Origin: Promethearchaeum syntrophicum
Lineage (GTDB): Archaea; Asgardarchaeota; Lokiarchaeia; Sigyniarchaeales; Promethearchaeaceae
Direction of reading: 5' to 3'
NCBI RefSeq assembly: GCF_008000775.2
Contig: NZ_CP042905.2
Location: 4,110,001 to 4,142,000 of the forward strand
DNA: 32,000 bases
The notes under the pieces are model-generated. The model saw only the letters and a list, made by a program, of their open reading frames with translations. It was not told the origin of the DNA and did not search any database. The position numbers and the translations under genes were made by a program. Positions 31,790 to 32,000 of the stretch are shown here, piece after piece; position 1 is the first letter of the stretch; every line of letters begins with the position of its first letter.

Positions 31790-32000
31790 ATGACAGAAGA
31801 CCACACAACCTTAGATTTAGAATATGATAGAATGTTATTAGAAGACGTATTTGATTCCCCAAATCTCAGGTACGTATCGTTGTATATGTATATAATTCGG
31901 AAAGATTTATTCCAAGATTTACTGGATGATGATGTCATTGAACAATTTGAAACTATAACATCACTAGATGAACCAACTGTGGAGGATATAACTAGAATAT
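31790..32000 (+). CDS. Partial ORF running off the window (5' part, hypothetical acidic protein)
   Basis: ATG at 31790 is preceded by AGGAG 7 nt upstream. The frame stays open to the window end (MTEDHTTLDLEYDRMLLEDVFDSPNLRYVSLYMYIIRKDLFQDLLDDDVIEQFETITSLDEPTVEDITRI). It is absent from the ORF track, presumably because it has no stop. Confidence 0.45.
   Translation, partial: MTEDHTTLDLEYDRMLLEDVFDSPNLRYVSLYMYIIRKDLFQDLLDDDVIEQFETITSLDEPTVEDITRI

Noticed and set aside
31711-31938. 75-aa minus-strand ORF near the window end
   Set aside because: It has Ser/Tyr/Ile-rich low-quality sequence and no RBS. The + strand frame from ATG 31790 has an AGGAG RBS and stays open to the window edge, so it is preferred.
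1-32000. Searched for transposases, integrases, CRISPR/cas, toxin-antitoxin pairs and restriction endonucleases as defence or mobile-element hallmarks
   Set aside because: No ORF shows DDE, tyrosine- or serine-recombinase, Cas, PD-(D/E)xK or HNH-type motifs that I can recognise by eye. Only the orphan methylase and the repeat-bracketed cassette hint at mobility or defence.

Overview
AT-rich (about 30% GC by eye), densely coding window that looks archaeal. Evidence: two GatD/GatE amidotransferase pairs (an archaea-specific enzyme), an Elf1-type zinc-ribbon factor, a tungsten aldehyde:ferredoxin oxidoreductase (AOR) cluster, an Elp3-derived ORF, TATA-like boxes about 25-30 nt upstream of several starts, and GGAGG/GGTGA ribosome-binding sites inside operons. 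Elf1 plus a polyproline/WH2-like protein suggests an Asgard/TACK-like lineage, but that is inference only. I support about 33 protein genes. I found no rRNA, canonical tRNA, CRISPR array, transposase or integrase. Main contents, left to right: (1) a UDG-superfamily protein, two small ORFs, a stand-alone Elp3 acetyltransferase-domain ORF and a class I glutamine amidotransferase; (2) a DUF1156/COG1743 Zn-ribbon DNA methylase whose promoter and first ~55 codons are duplicated 2.2 kb upstream, with an oppositely oriented beta-propeller-repeat surface protein gene between the copies; (3) a five-gene TetR-headed operon (membrane proteins, epoxide-hydrolase-like hydrolase) bracketed by a 20-nt GC-rich direct repeat; (4) two diverged gatE-gatD operons in inverted orientation, flanking an AOR / radical-SAM-SPASM maturase / MoaD-like cluster plus Hsp20-like and flavodoxin-ferredoxin genes; (5) a same-strand gene string encoding Elf1, a coiled-coil/polyproline/WH2-like protein, two membrane-anchored hexapeptide-repeat (LbH) proteins and a Lys-rich Zn-ribbon protein. 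The most novel candidates are that last string and the duplicated gatDE. All homology calls rest on motifs read by eye; no database search was run.
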